DNA from: Candidatus Latescibacterota bacterium | GTDB lineage: Bacteria; Latescibacterota; UBA2968; UBA8231 | DNA length: 64,000 nucleotides | NCBI GenBank assembly: GCA_965217585.1 | Contig: OZ244561.1 | Coordinates: forward strand, 5,568,001 to 5,632,000 | Direction: 5' to 3' | Shown: positions 29,558-38,919 of the stretch, piece after piece | Layout: each line of letters starts with the position of its first letter | Position numbering within the stretch: the first letter of the stretch is position 1 | The notes under the pieces: generated by a model | The model's input: the letters and a program-made list of their open reading frames with translations, nothing else | Told to the model about the DNA's origin: nothing | Databases searched by the model: none | Made by a program: the position numbers and the translations under genes

Positions 29558-31066
29558 ATGCCGGATTTGAACCTGTACTGGGGCGAGTTGCACAACCACA
29601 ACGAACTCGGCTATGCCCAAGGCAGTCTCGAGCGCAGCTATGAGATCGCCCGTTCCCACCTCGACTTCTACGCCTTCACCCCTCACGGGCTCCACGCCGA
29701 CGGCGGTGTGCCGGATGGCTACCCAGTAGTGGTCGCTAATTGGGAGCGGATCCGCCGGGCGGCCAGAGAAAACAACCGACCGGGCGAGTTTACTTGTTTC
29801 CCGGCCTACGAGTGGCACTCCTCGGCTTGGGGACACCTGCACGTGCTCAGCGTTGAGGATATGGAGTCGATGTACTGTGCGCGGAGTCTGGCTGATTTGC
29901 AGGGCCACTTCAGGGATAGACAGGCCGTCTTGGTGCCCCATCACACGGCCTACGAGCGCGGGGTGGACTGGGAGGGATTTGACGAGGCCTTGTCGCCGGT
30001 GGTGGAAATTTTCTCCGAACACGGCTCGTCGGAGCGCGACAGTGGCCTCTATCCCATGCTGGGGCACAGCGGCGGTCCGGCTGGATATCAATACACCGTG
30101 CAACATGGCTTAGCTCTGGGCAAGCGGTTTGGCCTTGTGGCCGGCACCGATAACCACGACGGCTATCCAGGAGGCTACGGGTTAGGGCTGACGGGGATTT
30201 GGGCCGAGGAGAATAGTCGCGCTGCGCTCTTTGACGCCTTGCATAAGCGGCGCACCACAGCCGTCACCGGAGATCGGATCGAGGTGCTTTTCCGCGCAGA
30301 GGATGCCTGGATGGGCGAGGTCGTGAGCGGATCAACGGAGCGCCGGCTAGACTACCGGGTCGAGGGTTGGGACGCGCTCAAAAGCGTGGAAGTCGTGCGC
30401 GACAATTTTCCGCTACACATAGAGGTGCCCGACTACGGCACGCCACGGGCGGCGCAACCGCAACCCTACCGCCTGCGCTTTGAGTGGGGCTGGGGACCGA
30501 TGAAGGGATACCAAGTCTACGATTGGCAGGGGCGACTGCAAGTCGAGGGAGGACGGCTTTTGCAGGTCGTGCCCTGCTTTAGCTCCGATCCCTTTGACGA
30601 GGTGCGGCGCAAGCGCGTCCTCGAATGGGATGAGGAAAGGTGCACTTGGCAGTCCCACACCTCGCGCGGCGCGGTCTTCACCACCCGCAATGGCTCCACA
30701 GCGCCAAGGGCTAACGATGCCCTGTGCGTGGAGGTGGAGGGGACGGAAGAGACGCGGGTCGAACTCGAATTCGACTGCCGCACGAGCAAGAGCCTGCTGG
30801 CCACGGCCGCGGATTGGGCACTCACGGGCCAACTAGGCGGTTCCCGGGCCAGCTTCAGCATCGGCGAGCTTTTGCAGGGGCGTCAGGGCTGGCGCGTGGA
30901 TGGGCTACCCACTTGGATCGTGGCCCACCGGGCCTTGCCCGAGGCGCTCTACGCCCTAAAAGGCCACTTCATCGACCAGAGCGAGATGCCAGCCTATTAC
31001 TATCTGCGCGTCACTCAAGAAAACGGCCAGTTGGCCTGGAGCAGTCCCATCTGGTTTGAGGAATGA
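29558..31066 (+). CDS. DUF3604/PHP-fold metallohydrolase-like protein
   Basis: YWGELHNH, YEWHS, PHH, VEIFSEHG, GTDNH, YYYLRVTQENG.LAWSSPIW. AAGGAGG RBS. Confidence 0.8.
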   Translation: MPDLNLYWGELHNHNELGYAQGSLERSYEIARSHLDFYAFTPHGLHADGGVPDGYPVVVANWERIRRAARENNRPGEFTCFPAYEWHSSAWGHLHVLSVEDMESMYCARSLADLQGHFRDRQAVLVPHHTAYERGVDWEGFDEALSPVVEIFSEHGSSERDSGLYPMLGHSGGPAGYQYTVQHGLALGKRFGLVAGTDNHDGYPGGYGLGLTGIWAEENSRAALFDALHKRRTTAVTGDRIEVLFRAEDAWMGEVVSGSTERRLDYRVEGWDALKSVEVVRDNFPLHIEVPDYGTPRAAQPQPYRLRFEWGWGPMKGYQVYDWQGRLQVEGGRLLQVVPCFSSDPFDEVRRKRVLEWDEERCTWQSHTSRGAVFTTRNGSTAPRANDALCVEVEGTEETRVELEFDCRTSKSLLATAADWALTGQLGGSRASFSIGELLQGRQGWRVDGLPTWIVAHRALPEALYALKGHFIDQSEMPAYYYLRVTQENGQLAWSSPIWFEE

Positions 31067-31183
31067 CGAGATCTACCGGGCGACCCAGCGGCAGTTGGGC
31101 GGTGCGGCGCACCCCTTGACGCGGCATTGCTCGACATCAAGGGCAAGGCGCTCGGGATACCGGTTTACGAATTGTTCGGTGCG
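31065..31183 (+). pseudogene. relic of a mandelate racemase/enolase-superfamily gene
   Basis: Frame from 31115 reads LDAALLDIKGKALGIPVYELFG. Confidence 0.65.
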
Positions 31184-31266
31184 CAATCCGCCCCAAACGG
31201 GGACTAGTACTCTCGCAAGGGCTATGGGACAAACCCGATAACCCTCTACCCGTTGTAAAACCGCTG

Positions 31267-31905
31267 CTAGAAGCTCGGGGCGGGCGCGTCTTCGGGCCGC
31301 CCGCCCGCTTGGCGAAATGCGCGGTATTCCCTTTCGAGCACGGTGCGCACCCGGTACTGGGGTTGGTCGTGGATCTTGGACTGATAGGATTGGTTGCCGA
31401 GCCAGTGCTCGACGAGCAGGCCGCGCAAGTGGTGTTCGGCTTCCCGATACTGGGGATCGCCAGCCAGATTTTTCAGTTCGTCGGGATCGGCCACCACATC
31501 GTAGAGTTCGGCCGAGCCATCGGCGTAGTGGGCGTACTTGTGCTCTTTGGTCAATACCATGGTCCGTCCCTGAATCTCGCTGAAGACGGCGTCGCGAATG
31601 GTGCCGGTGGGATTGTCAAACAGCGGCGTGATGTCTTTGCCTTGGAGTGTGGGGGGCAATTCCGCATCGCAGGCTCGGTAAAACAAAGGCACCAAGTCCA
31701 GGGTGCTGACCAGGGCTGGACTCCGCTGCCCGGCTGGCACGCGCGGACCGCGCATAATCAGCGGTACGTGCACCATGGAATCGTAGAAGAAGCCCTTGTA
31801 GCTGAGGCCGTGATCGCCGAGGGCGTCGCCGTGGTCGGAGGTGAAGACGATGAGGGTATCGTCGAGCGTGCCGGCCGCCTCCAAGGCTTGGAGCATCTTG
31901 CCAAT
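31267..31905 (-). pseudogene. sulfatase C-terminal half (N-terminal CxPxR region absent)
   Basis: DTLIVFTSDHGD.LGDHG, VPLI, ELYDV..DPDELKNLA. No catalytic N-terminus. Confidence 0.8.
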
Positions 31906-32289
31906 AAAGGGTATAGACGTGCGATCGAGTTAGACAGCCAACGCGCGGACATCCTATGGGAACTGGGTCAGGTTTACATGCAACAGAGCCAATACTCGCA
32001 GGCCGCCGAGGTACTCAGAAGCGCCCTCGAACTCGAACCGCGCAATACCCATGCGCTCTATCTGTTGAGCCAAGTGTATCTGCGTAGCGGCCAGCCGGAC
32101 GAACGCGCGGAAATCCTGCGCACCTTCCAGCGCCTGAGCGCGGCCCAGCGGCATTTCAAGCAAGGCGCGTTATACGCCGAGCGCGGAGCCCTAGATGAGG
32201 TGCGAAAGGCCCTGCAGGAAGCTCTGGTGCTCGATCCAGACCATTCCAAGGCTCGGGAAAAATTGGAACAGTTGGATAAAGAGCCATGA
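31906..32289 (+). pseudogene. TPR protein C-terminal fragment
   Basis: YRRAIELD, ALELEP.N..ALY.L, ALVLDPD. Abuts the sulfatase fragment with no start. Confidence 0.7.
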
Positions 32290-33573
32290 AGGGGCGCGTT
32301 TTGTTTTTTTCTTTGTGGCTTGCTCGCCTCCAGAGGAGCAACCGTTCGATTTGGAGCCTACGGCACCCGGACCGTCCCACTTTGTCGATGTGGCCGCGGA
32401 TGTCGGCCTGACGAAAGTCCACACAGGCGGCAGCGCGGAAAAGGGCTATATCGCCGAGGCCAAAGGAGGGGGTGCGGCTTGGTTGGACTTTGACGGCGAC
32501 GGGGATTTAGATCTCTACTGGGTGAACGGAGCCGCGCTGGACGATGAGCAAGGAGGCGGCAATGCCCTTTACCGCAACGATGGGGCAAGCGGTTTTGTCG
32601 ATGTGGCTAGCTCTTTGGGCGCAGCAGGCCGGGGCTGGGGCATGGTTTCGGGGTGCTCTTCGTCGATGTGGACGACGATGGAGACGTCGATCTGTACGTG
32701 GCCAATGACTCCACCCCTAATTTCCTGTGGCGCAACGAGGGGGATGGCACCTTCACTGAAGTGGGGCTGCAAGCTCAGGTGGCGTATGGGGCGATGGGAC
32801 ACTCACAGGCCGGCATGGGCGTGGCTTGGGGCGATTACGACGGGGACGCCCGCCCCGATATTTTCGCGACCCATTTTGAGGACGACTACAATACTCTCTA
32901 CCGCAACGAGGGGGCGGGCCTATTCGCCGATGTGTCCGTCGCGGCTGGCTTGGGCAGGACCAGCTTTCACTTTGTGGGTTTTGGCACTGGATTTTTCGAC
33001 CGCGACAACGACGGCGACCTAGACCTGCTAGTGGCCAACGGCCACGTCTATCCGCAGATAGAGCGCGCAGGCAGCGGCACCACCTACGCCCAACCCAACC
33101 AGCTCCTCGACAATCGCGGCGGCCGCTTTGAGTTGCTCTTACCCAGCGACGGCGACAGCCTGGGTTCGGCCAAAGTGAGTCGGGGGAGTGCTATTGCCGA
33201 CTACGACAACGACGGCGATCTGGACATTCTCGTCACCAATCTCGACGACCGACCGACGCTTTTGCGCAACGATGTGGGAAATAGGCACAACTGGCTGGGG
33301 GTCGAGTTGGTCGGCAGGAAGAGCAATCGGAGTGGGATCGGTGCCCGCCTATACTTGGCGGCCGGTGGCGAAGTGCAAGTCCGCGATATTATCAGCGGCA
33401 GCAGCTTTCTCTCCAGCGAGGATCCGCGAGCCCACTTCGGTCTGGGCCGGATTGAGACGGTGGATTCGCTACAGGTGCGCTGGCCGAGCGGTGTCGTGCA
33501 GCTATTGAAGAACCTGCGGATCAACCAGTATTTAGTCGTGGAGGAGGACGGGACCGAATCGGGTAGGCGCTGA
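32286..33573 (+). pseudogene. CRTAC1/ASPIC-UnbV (FG-GAP repeat) lipoprotein, frameshifted and internally deleted
   Basis: DxDxDGDxD repeats and an UnbV C-terminus (HFGLG..VRWPSG). Frameshift at T7 (32304-32310) and a second break near 32645. Confidence 0.8.
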
Positions 33574-33657
33574 GAACGGCAGCAGTCTGTCGCGGTGAAA
33601 ATTCCGCTTTTAGCGCACTTGTCTGAGGCGTCAGAGGCGTCGAGAATGCGGCATCTC

Positions 33658-34815
33658 TCAGACCGCGACTCCTTCGAGCCACGGCAAATCCACCTCAATG
33701 CCAAAGCCGGGCGCGTCGCTGGGCACGAGGTAGCCGTCTTGGATGGCTGGCGTGCCGGGTAAAAGAGTCATTTCGTGGAGCGGCACCCCAGGCGGCGATA
33801 CGCTTTCCGAGCGCTCGCCCCAGACAATGGCGGGCATGGCAAAAGAAAGGTGCTGGCCGTAGGGGTAGTTCATGCCGGCGTGGGCAATGACCGAGACGCC
33901 CGCGGCCTCGGCGAGGTGACAGATTTTGACCCCGGCTGTTATGCCCCCGGCCCACAGCACGTCTGGTTGCAGGATATCGACGAAGCGACCGTCGAGCGCT
34001 TGGGCAAAGGTGCGCGGCAAGTACCAGTGCTCGCCCGAGGCGAGAGTCTGCCAAGGGAGCCGCTGGCGCACTTGGGCGTAGCCAGCCCAATCGTCGGCGG
34101 GCAGGTAGTCTTCAATCCACTTCAGGCGATAGGGACGGAGCATTTCGGCGAGGCGGACGAGGTGTTCCACGTCCTGCGACAGCCAACAGTCGAGGCACAG
34201 CTCAATGTCGTCGCCGATGAGCTGGCGTGTAGTGGCCACGATCTCTTCGATTTTCTTGAGGCCGTCGAGGCCGTCGGCCGCGCCCCACGGGGTGAAGAGC
34301 TTGGTCGCCTTAAAGCCTAGCTCCATGAACCACGCCTGCTCAAACCCGGAAGCATAGCAGAAGATTTTGTCCTTTTGCGGGCCGCCGAGCAGCTCGTACA
34401 CGGGTCTTTGCAGCAGCTTGCCCTTGAGGTCCCACAGCGCGGTATCCACGGCGCTGATGGCATAGCTGGCCAGCCCCTGGCCGCCGTAGGACGCGGTGGA
34501 GCGCACCATGATGTCCCACAACTTTTCTGTAGCCATGCAGTTTTCGCCGGCGAGCAGCGCGGCGAAGTGATCGTTGATGATGGGCAGCACGGGCGGCGAG
34601 TGGACGGTCAGCCCGAGGCCCCAAGTGCCGTCTTCGGCCGTGACCACGCAGGCGATGCGTTGCCACTCCGGGGAGCCGGTGCGGCCGGCGCGGAAGCGGT
34701 CGTAGTGGTCGAGCGGGCGGTGCAGGGAGTGGCCGGGCCGCTGGCTGGGGCACGGGGTTGTCGTCCGGGGAGGCTTGAGCGCGATTTGCGCGGCGCGGAT
34801 TTCCTTGATTTTCAC
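33658..34815 (-). CDS. L-rhamnonate dehydratase-like mandelate racemase family enzyme
   Basis: AISAVDTALWDLKGK, LDCW, WIED, SGEH, LQPD. Confidence 0.85.
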   Translation of the reverse strand: MKIKEIRAAQIALKPPRTTTPCPSQRPGHSLHRPLDHYDRFRAGRTGSPEWQRIACVVTAEDGTWGLGLTVHSPPVLPIINDHFAALLAGENCMATEKLWDIMVRSTASYGGQGLASYAISAVDTALWDLKGKLLQRPVYELLGGPQKDKIFCYASGFEQAWFMELGFKATKLFTPWGAADGLDGLKKIEEIVATTRQLIGDDIELCLDCWLSQDVEHLVRLAEMLRPYRLKWIEDYLPADDWAGYAQVRQRLPWQTLASGEHWYLPRTFAQALDGRFVDILQPDVLWAGGITAGVKICHLAEAAGVSVIAHAGMNYPYGQHLSFAMPAIVWGERSESVSPPGVPLHEMTLLPGTPAIQDGYLVPSDAPGFGIEVDLPWLEGVAV

Positions 34816-34825
34816 AGGAGCCTGC

Positions 34826-36100
34826 CTAGGTGAGTTGGGAGAAGCGGTTGGGCGTGAAGAGGGTCTGGAGGGTTTGGGCGATGCCAGCGCGGGTTACTTG
34901 CCGTCCGGCGTCGTGCAGGTCTTGGTATTTTTCGCTTAGGACTTTGGCGAGGATTGCGCGGAAGCGCTGCCACTTGGGGATGAGGTTTTCCAGCACGCGG
35001 GCGTCCGAGTTGAAGGGGATGAAGCGGTCGCCGGTCATCTCCAAGCGCATCCGCAGATCCTGTTCGACCAAGCCCGGATGGTAATTGAACCACCAGTGGC
35101 CAATGACCATGATGTTGTCGTTGTGACAGGAGAGGACGCTGGCGTCGTACTGGTTGGCGTTGTGGAGCGGGGTGATGAAGAAGGCGTTGTCGGGATGGCG
35201 GCGCACTAGCTGCTGATAGGGATACATGTCGGCGAGGCCCACGCCGTCGCCGGCGTCGCGCCACTCGGGCTTGAGTTGGCGGATGGGGCCGGGCATCATA
35301 AAGAAGGGCAAGTTGAGTTCGCGCAGGGCCGGCAGCACGGCGTGGTGGAGGACGGCACCTTCCAGCCCGCTGAGGTCGTGGACTTGGCAGTGGGGCGGGA
35401 ACGAGCACGCGCCGTACGCGACGCCGTGCAGCTTGCCATACCAGTCGGCGAGGAAGCGGCGAATCGCCTGGGCGGTGGCTGGCTGGCTGGGGTCGTTGCC
35501 AACCTCGTAGCCCCAGGCGTTGAGCTTCACTGCTGCGCGCGGGTAGTGCAAGACGAGTTCGTCGAGGCGGTAGCCGGACAGATAGCACTGGTCCCACTCG
35601 CCGCTTTCGTAGTAAGCGCGCTCTTGGTCGTTGAACACGTCTTGGGTGCCGACGATGCGGCGGACGCCAGCCAGTTCCATGCAGCGGCGCTGTATTTCTG
35701 CTGGGGCAGTGTCTGCGTAGAACTGGCGCGCCTCGTCGAGAGTGGCGGCGTTGGGGTCGAGGCCGAGGGCTTCCAGCGCGACGACCACGCCGCGACAGCC
35801 TTCGTCGAATGGATCTGAAGCGGCGTCGGCAAAAAGCTTCTGCCAAGTAAAGTCGCCTTGTTGTTCTATGCTCCAGGAGTAGAAGGTGGCCGGGTCGATG
35901 TGGCCAGCGGCAAAGAGCTTGCGGCGCACGTAGTGATAAGAGAGCTGCTGGTCGATGCCGTACAGGCAGAGTTGGGGGCCGGCTTGGGGGCCGAGGAGAT
36001 GGGTGTGCCAGTCGTCGACGATCAGCTGTTGGGCCGAGGTTTCTTCGGTGACGACGGTGGGGATTTGGTCGCGGAATAGGGGTAGGGTAGAGGTGCTCAT
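34826..36100 (-). CDS. uxaC: glucuronate (uronate) isomerase, divergent amidohydrolase type
   Basis: DWHTHL, GIDQQLSYHY, GHWWF, FIPFNSDARVLENLIPKW. Confidence 0.75.
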   Translation of the reverse strand: MSTSTLPLFRDQIPTVVTEETSAQQLIVDDWHTHLLGPQAGPQLCLYGIDQQLSYHYVRRKLFAAGHIDPATFYSWSIEQQGDFTWQKLFADAASDPFDEGCRGVVVALEALGLDPNAATLDEARQFYADTAPAEIQRRCMELAGVRRIVGTQDVFNDQERAYYESGEWDQCYLSGYRLDELVLHYPRAAVKLNAWGYEVGNDPSQPATAQAIRRFLADWYGKLHGVAYGACSFPPHCQVHDLSGLEGAVLHHAVLPALRELNLPFFMMPGPIRQLKPEWRDAGDGVGLADMYPYQQLVRRHPDNAFFITPLHNANQYDASVLSCHNDNIMVIGHWWFNYHPGLVEQDLRMRLEMTGDRFIPFNSDARVLENLIPKWQRFRAILAKVLSEKYQDLHDAGRQVTRAGIAQTLQTLFTPNRFSQLT

Positions 36101-36250
36101 GGCGAAGGCTCCTAGTCGAGATAAGGGCCATAACAGTAGGCCAAGAGCAACGGGGCGTCAAAGTTTGCCCCTGTATGCCGACGGTCCAAGAGCTTTCGCC
36201 ATTGCCTCGTCGCTTGTTATTTTAAAAAGAAATAACAACGAGGTTTTATT

Positions 36251-36451
36251 ATGGATACAACAGTCACCTTAGACTCGGAAATTGTCCAAGCCATCCAGCA
36301 GGCGACAAAGCAAAAAGACAAAGCCTCCGCAGTGCATATGGCATTAAATGAATACCTACGTTTGCAAAAGCTCCGCCAACTAGCCGATCTAGCCGGTACT
36401 GTTGAGCTACGCTATTCCAACGACGAGTTGGAGGCGATGGAGGAGTGCTGA
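36251..36451 (+). CDS. VapB-type antitoxin
   Basis: TTVTLDSEIV..K..AV..AL.EY.R...LAG pattern, followed by a PIN stub. Confidence 0.7.
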   Translation: MDTTVTLDSEIVQAIQQATKQKDKASAVHMALNEYLRLQKLRQLADLAGTVELRYSNDELEAMEEC

Positions 36452-36480
36452 TTCTCGCAGACATGTCTTGCTGGATTTAG
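36445..36480 (+). pseudogene. VapC/PIN toxin N-terminal stub
   Basis: GTG-LILADMSCWI-TAG resembles the PIN start (ILVDTSVWI) and overlaps the vapB end. Confidence 0.55.
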
Positions 36481-36531
36481 AAAGCATTTTCTCTTTGCAA
36501 TTTCAGGGCAAAGATACAGGTTTAGGTCTTC

Positions 36532-36753
36532 TTACTTGAGCAAGTTAAGCACTTTTGCCTGTGCAGATTCCGCAATCGAATCCCGAATGAAGTCACTAGC
36601 TCTGAGAATTTCAATGCCAATGAGCTCTCCCTTATCATTGTATTCTGCTGTTATATTGGGACTAAGTTCAATACTGCCGTTTTCTGGATCGTCAGAGATC
36701 GACAAGTATAAGATGTCTTCTTGCTCAAAATATCTCATCTTCGCCTTATCCAT
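36532..36753 (-). CDS. DUF2283 family protein (putative antitoxin)
   Basis: YFEQEDILYL...ITAEYNDKGELIGIEIL.AS. Confidence 0.85.
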   Translation of the reverse strand: MDKAKMRYFEQEDILYLSISDDPENGSIELSPNITAEYNDKGELIGIEILRASDFIRDSIAESAQAKVLNLLK

Positions 36754-37015
36754 GGATGAATCTCCCCGTTTTAATCCGAACATTGATTTGCTGTCGTGTG
36801 GTGACATGGATAGTCACAGGTGTTATAACGTCCTCGTCCGATTCGTAGGGAATCAAGACCAACTTGCTTTCGTATTGTCCAACAGCAATATCTCGGCCAG
36901 TGACCACATCGTGATATCGCTCGGAAGTATGTCTTATTATGTTCTCAATTATGGACAGGTCAAATCCGCGTAAAGAGGCTTTGTATTGCAGGTAGTCTGT
37001 CCAAACGACTCTCAT
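36746..37015 (-). CDS. DUF4258/RelE-like putative toxin
   Basis: 89 aa, overlapping the DUF2283 gene. VVWTDY....LRG, LVLIPYE, TPVTIH. Confidence 0.6.
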   Translation of the reverse strand: MRVVWTDYLQYKASLRGFDLSIIENIIRHTSERYHDVVTGRDIAVGQYESKLVLIPYESDEDVITPVTIHVTTRQQINVRIKTGRFIHG

Positions 37016-37174
37016 AGAGACCTTTTGGGCATCATTTTCGAGCGTATGGAGAAGTGGGACTGATTTTACGCCCTCGACGTCGGTTCGGTGATAGTTCCCC
37101 ACTGCCATGCGTCATCCTCAGTCGAGCTAGTCAAGGTGATGTGCAGTGCATGAAGAGCCCGGTGATGATGGGTA

Positions 37175-38017
37175 TTATAATTCATCATCATATATCAGTG
37201 GTTCTTCGCAAAATAAAACAGTCAACGTTTTTCCATATTGACCTAGGCCGACTATATCTTCGCTTACTTTTTCTGACTGTGCTCCCGAAAACCAAGCATC
37301 CAAGTAGGAGACGCTTTCCACTTTTGTCCCTGATAGGATATTGTTTTGGTCTTCATTAAATGCTGCGGTTTGGCTTTGGGGGGGTATCCCTTCACCTTTT
37401 GTCAGCCACGATGCTCCTCGAATTTTCGTTTTCATTTCGTCAGACATAAATGAGTATTCGATTCTGTTATTGGAACTTACAATGAGAGCAACAGGATAAT
37501 CTGCAAAGGTCGCATATCGGATAGCAGTAGCAGTAATCGACGTTTTGCATTTTTCGGAAAGTGCTTCAATTGCGTGAAATCCGGGAATACTTTCTTTAAA
37601 TAAGGCTTTACTAAACAAATGTCGAGGCATGAGTAGCCCTGCGGCAAAGTGGTCAGCCTCAAGTTCGTGAATGTCAGAGGAGGTAAATCCGTTGTGAGAA
37701 TGATGAATACTATCGCCTTGTGGAAATAGAAGCTCTGGATGAAGCGGCAAGAAGTAGTGTCCTAGTTCGTGGGCCACAGTGAACCGAACAAAGCCTTCGT
37801 TGTTGAATCTCGATGAGTAAATAATACCGAAAGTATCTCCTTGTTTTACTAGGCAACCGAAAAATCCTTGTATCTCTTCAGATTTACACAAGATTTCATG
37901 TTGCTCGGCGATATCAATAGGATTGATGGGAAGAGATTCAATACAAAGCCGTTTTACTAGGTTCTCGGCTTGAGCTTCAGCTTGCAATAACTGCTGTCTT
38001 TTATTTGCAGGCATCAT
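37175..38017 (-). CDS. ImmA/IrrE-family Zn metallopeptidase (CapP-like)
   Basis: PINPIDIA, RFTVAHELGH, ELEADHFAAGLLMP, TSITATAIRY, C-terminal GAF-like region. Confidence 0.9.
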   Translation of the reverse strand: MMPANKRQQLLQAEAQAENLVKRLCIESLPINPIDIAEQHEILCKSEEIQGFFGCLVKQGDTFGIIYSSRFNNEGFVRFTVAHELGHYFLPLHPELLFPQGDSIHHSHNGFTSSDIHELEADHFAAGLLMPRHLFSKALFKESIPGFHAIEALSEKCKTSITATAIRYATFADYPVALIVSSNNRIEYSFMSDEMKTKIRGASWLTKGEGIPPQSQTAAFNEDQNNILSGTKVESVSYLDAWFSGAQSEKVSEDIVGLGQYGKTLTVLFCEEPLIYDDEL

Positions 38018-38355
38018 TATGATTTCTTTTTGCTGGTAAGAAATTCTGCGAAATCAGCTAATTTCAGACGGTCATCATCCGACATCTCTTGGGCATTCCT
38101 GAAAATGCTTTGTAAGGTCGGCCCAGATGCAGTTGGATCAGTTTCGCGACCTATCAGGAAATCAGTTGTGACCTCAAGGGTGTCTGCTAGACGCTTTAAG
38201 TTATCAAAAGACGGTGCTCGCCTGCCCGTCTCAAAATGTGAGACGGCGGAAGGTTGAAGGCCAGATTTTTTCGCAAGCTCCGTTTGGCTTAACCTTTTGA
38301 TTTCTCTTGCCTTTTTGAGATTCTGGGAAAATATGCCGGGAGTCGGGGTTGACAT
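38017..38355 (-). CDS. XRE-family HTH transcriptional regulator (CapH-like)
   Basis: LSQTELAKKSGLQPSAVSHFETGRRAPSFDNL. Stop overlaps the peptidase start. Confidence 0.92.
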   Translation of the reverse strand: MSTPTPGIFSQNLKKAREIKRLSQTELAKKSGLQPSAVSHFETGRRAPSFDNLKRLADTLEVTTDFLIGRETDPTASGPTLQSIFRNAQEMSDDDRLKLADFAEFLTSKKKS

Positions 38356-38410
38356 AGCGGTCAAGATCCTTGGATTTGGATATAGACGAAAAAGTCATAT
38401 AGTATATGAC
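38349..38410. promoter_or_regulatory. promoter/operator unit 1
   Basis: TTGACA at 38349, TATAGAC at 38381, palindrome GTCATATAGTATATGAC at 38394-38410. Confidence 0.6.
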
Positions 38411-38452
38411 AAAAAATCAAAAAATCAAAAGGAAAAGAGGTGAGCTGAGCTG

Positions 38453-38545
38453 ATGAAAAGGCGACCTCGGCTGGTCAAAAGACCCTGCCTCTAGCCGGTA
38501 AGAGATCGTCGGTCTCCGCGACAGGCGAACCAAGGAAGACCGGAA
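38453..38545 (+). pseudogene. decayed upstream copy of the yjzC-like gene
   Basis: GAGGTGA RBS + ATG. caaaag..cctgcctct.gcc.gta.gagatcgt.ggtc aligns to the intact gene but carries indels and stops. Confidence 0.75.
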
Positions 38546-38564
38546 ACTCGGCGACCGGGGGAGG

Positions 38565-38622
38565 TTGACATGGCGAGCGGAGTCTCTATATATATAGACT
38601 ATATCGTCTATATATAAAAGAC
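38565..38622. promoter_or_regulatory. promoter/operator unit 2
   Basis: TTGACA at 38565, GTCTCTATATATATAGAC at 38582-38599, GTCTATATATAAAAGAC at 38606-38622. Confidence 0.65.
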
Positions 38623-38651
38623 GAAATCGCAAATAGAAAGGAGGTGATTTT

Positions 38652-38840
38652 ATGGGCAAGCAACACCGACCGGGCCAAAAGGCTCCTGCCTCTGGCCAGT
38701 ACGAGATCGTTGGTCGACGCGGCGGAAGAACCGGTGAGGAACGGACGGTGGTAAAGGGAGAACCTCTACCACCAACACCGGAAAAAGGCCAGGGTTACCG
38801 CATAGCTGACCGCACCAAAAACAAAAGTGGGCGCGGGTAG
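38652..38840 (+). CDS. YjzC-family small protein
   Basis: PGQKAPASGQYEIVGRRGG...VKGEPLPPT. Very strong AAAGGAGGTGAT RBS. Confidence 0.85.
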   Translation: MGKQHRPGQKAPASGQYEIVGRRGGRTGEERTVVKGEPLPPTPEKGQGYRIADRTKNKSGRG

Positions 38841-38848
38841 TATGATGC

Positions 38849-38876
38849 TGGGCAAGGTAGGCTTTTGCCTTGCCCA
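38849..38876 (+). other. intergenic hairpin between the yjzC-like and 86-aa genes
   Basis: TGGGCAAGGTA / TGCCTTGCCCA stem, 6-nt loop. Confidence 0.55.
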
Positions 38877-38919
38877 ACACCTTTTATAAAATTTTAAAAG
38901 ATGAGGAAAAGAGGAAAAA

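Noticed and set aside
31309-32289. Intact 326-aa plus-strand protein
   Set aside because: The first ~200 codons are antisense to the sulfatase fragment. Only the TPR tail is real.
38453-38770. DGR template/variable repeat interpretation of the yjzC and fumarase duplicates
   Set aside because: Differences are not adenine-specific, they include indels, and no reverse transcriptase is in the window.
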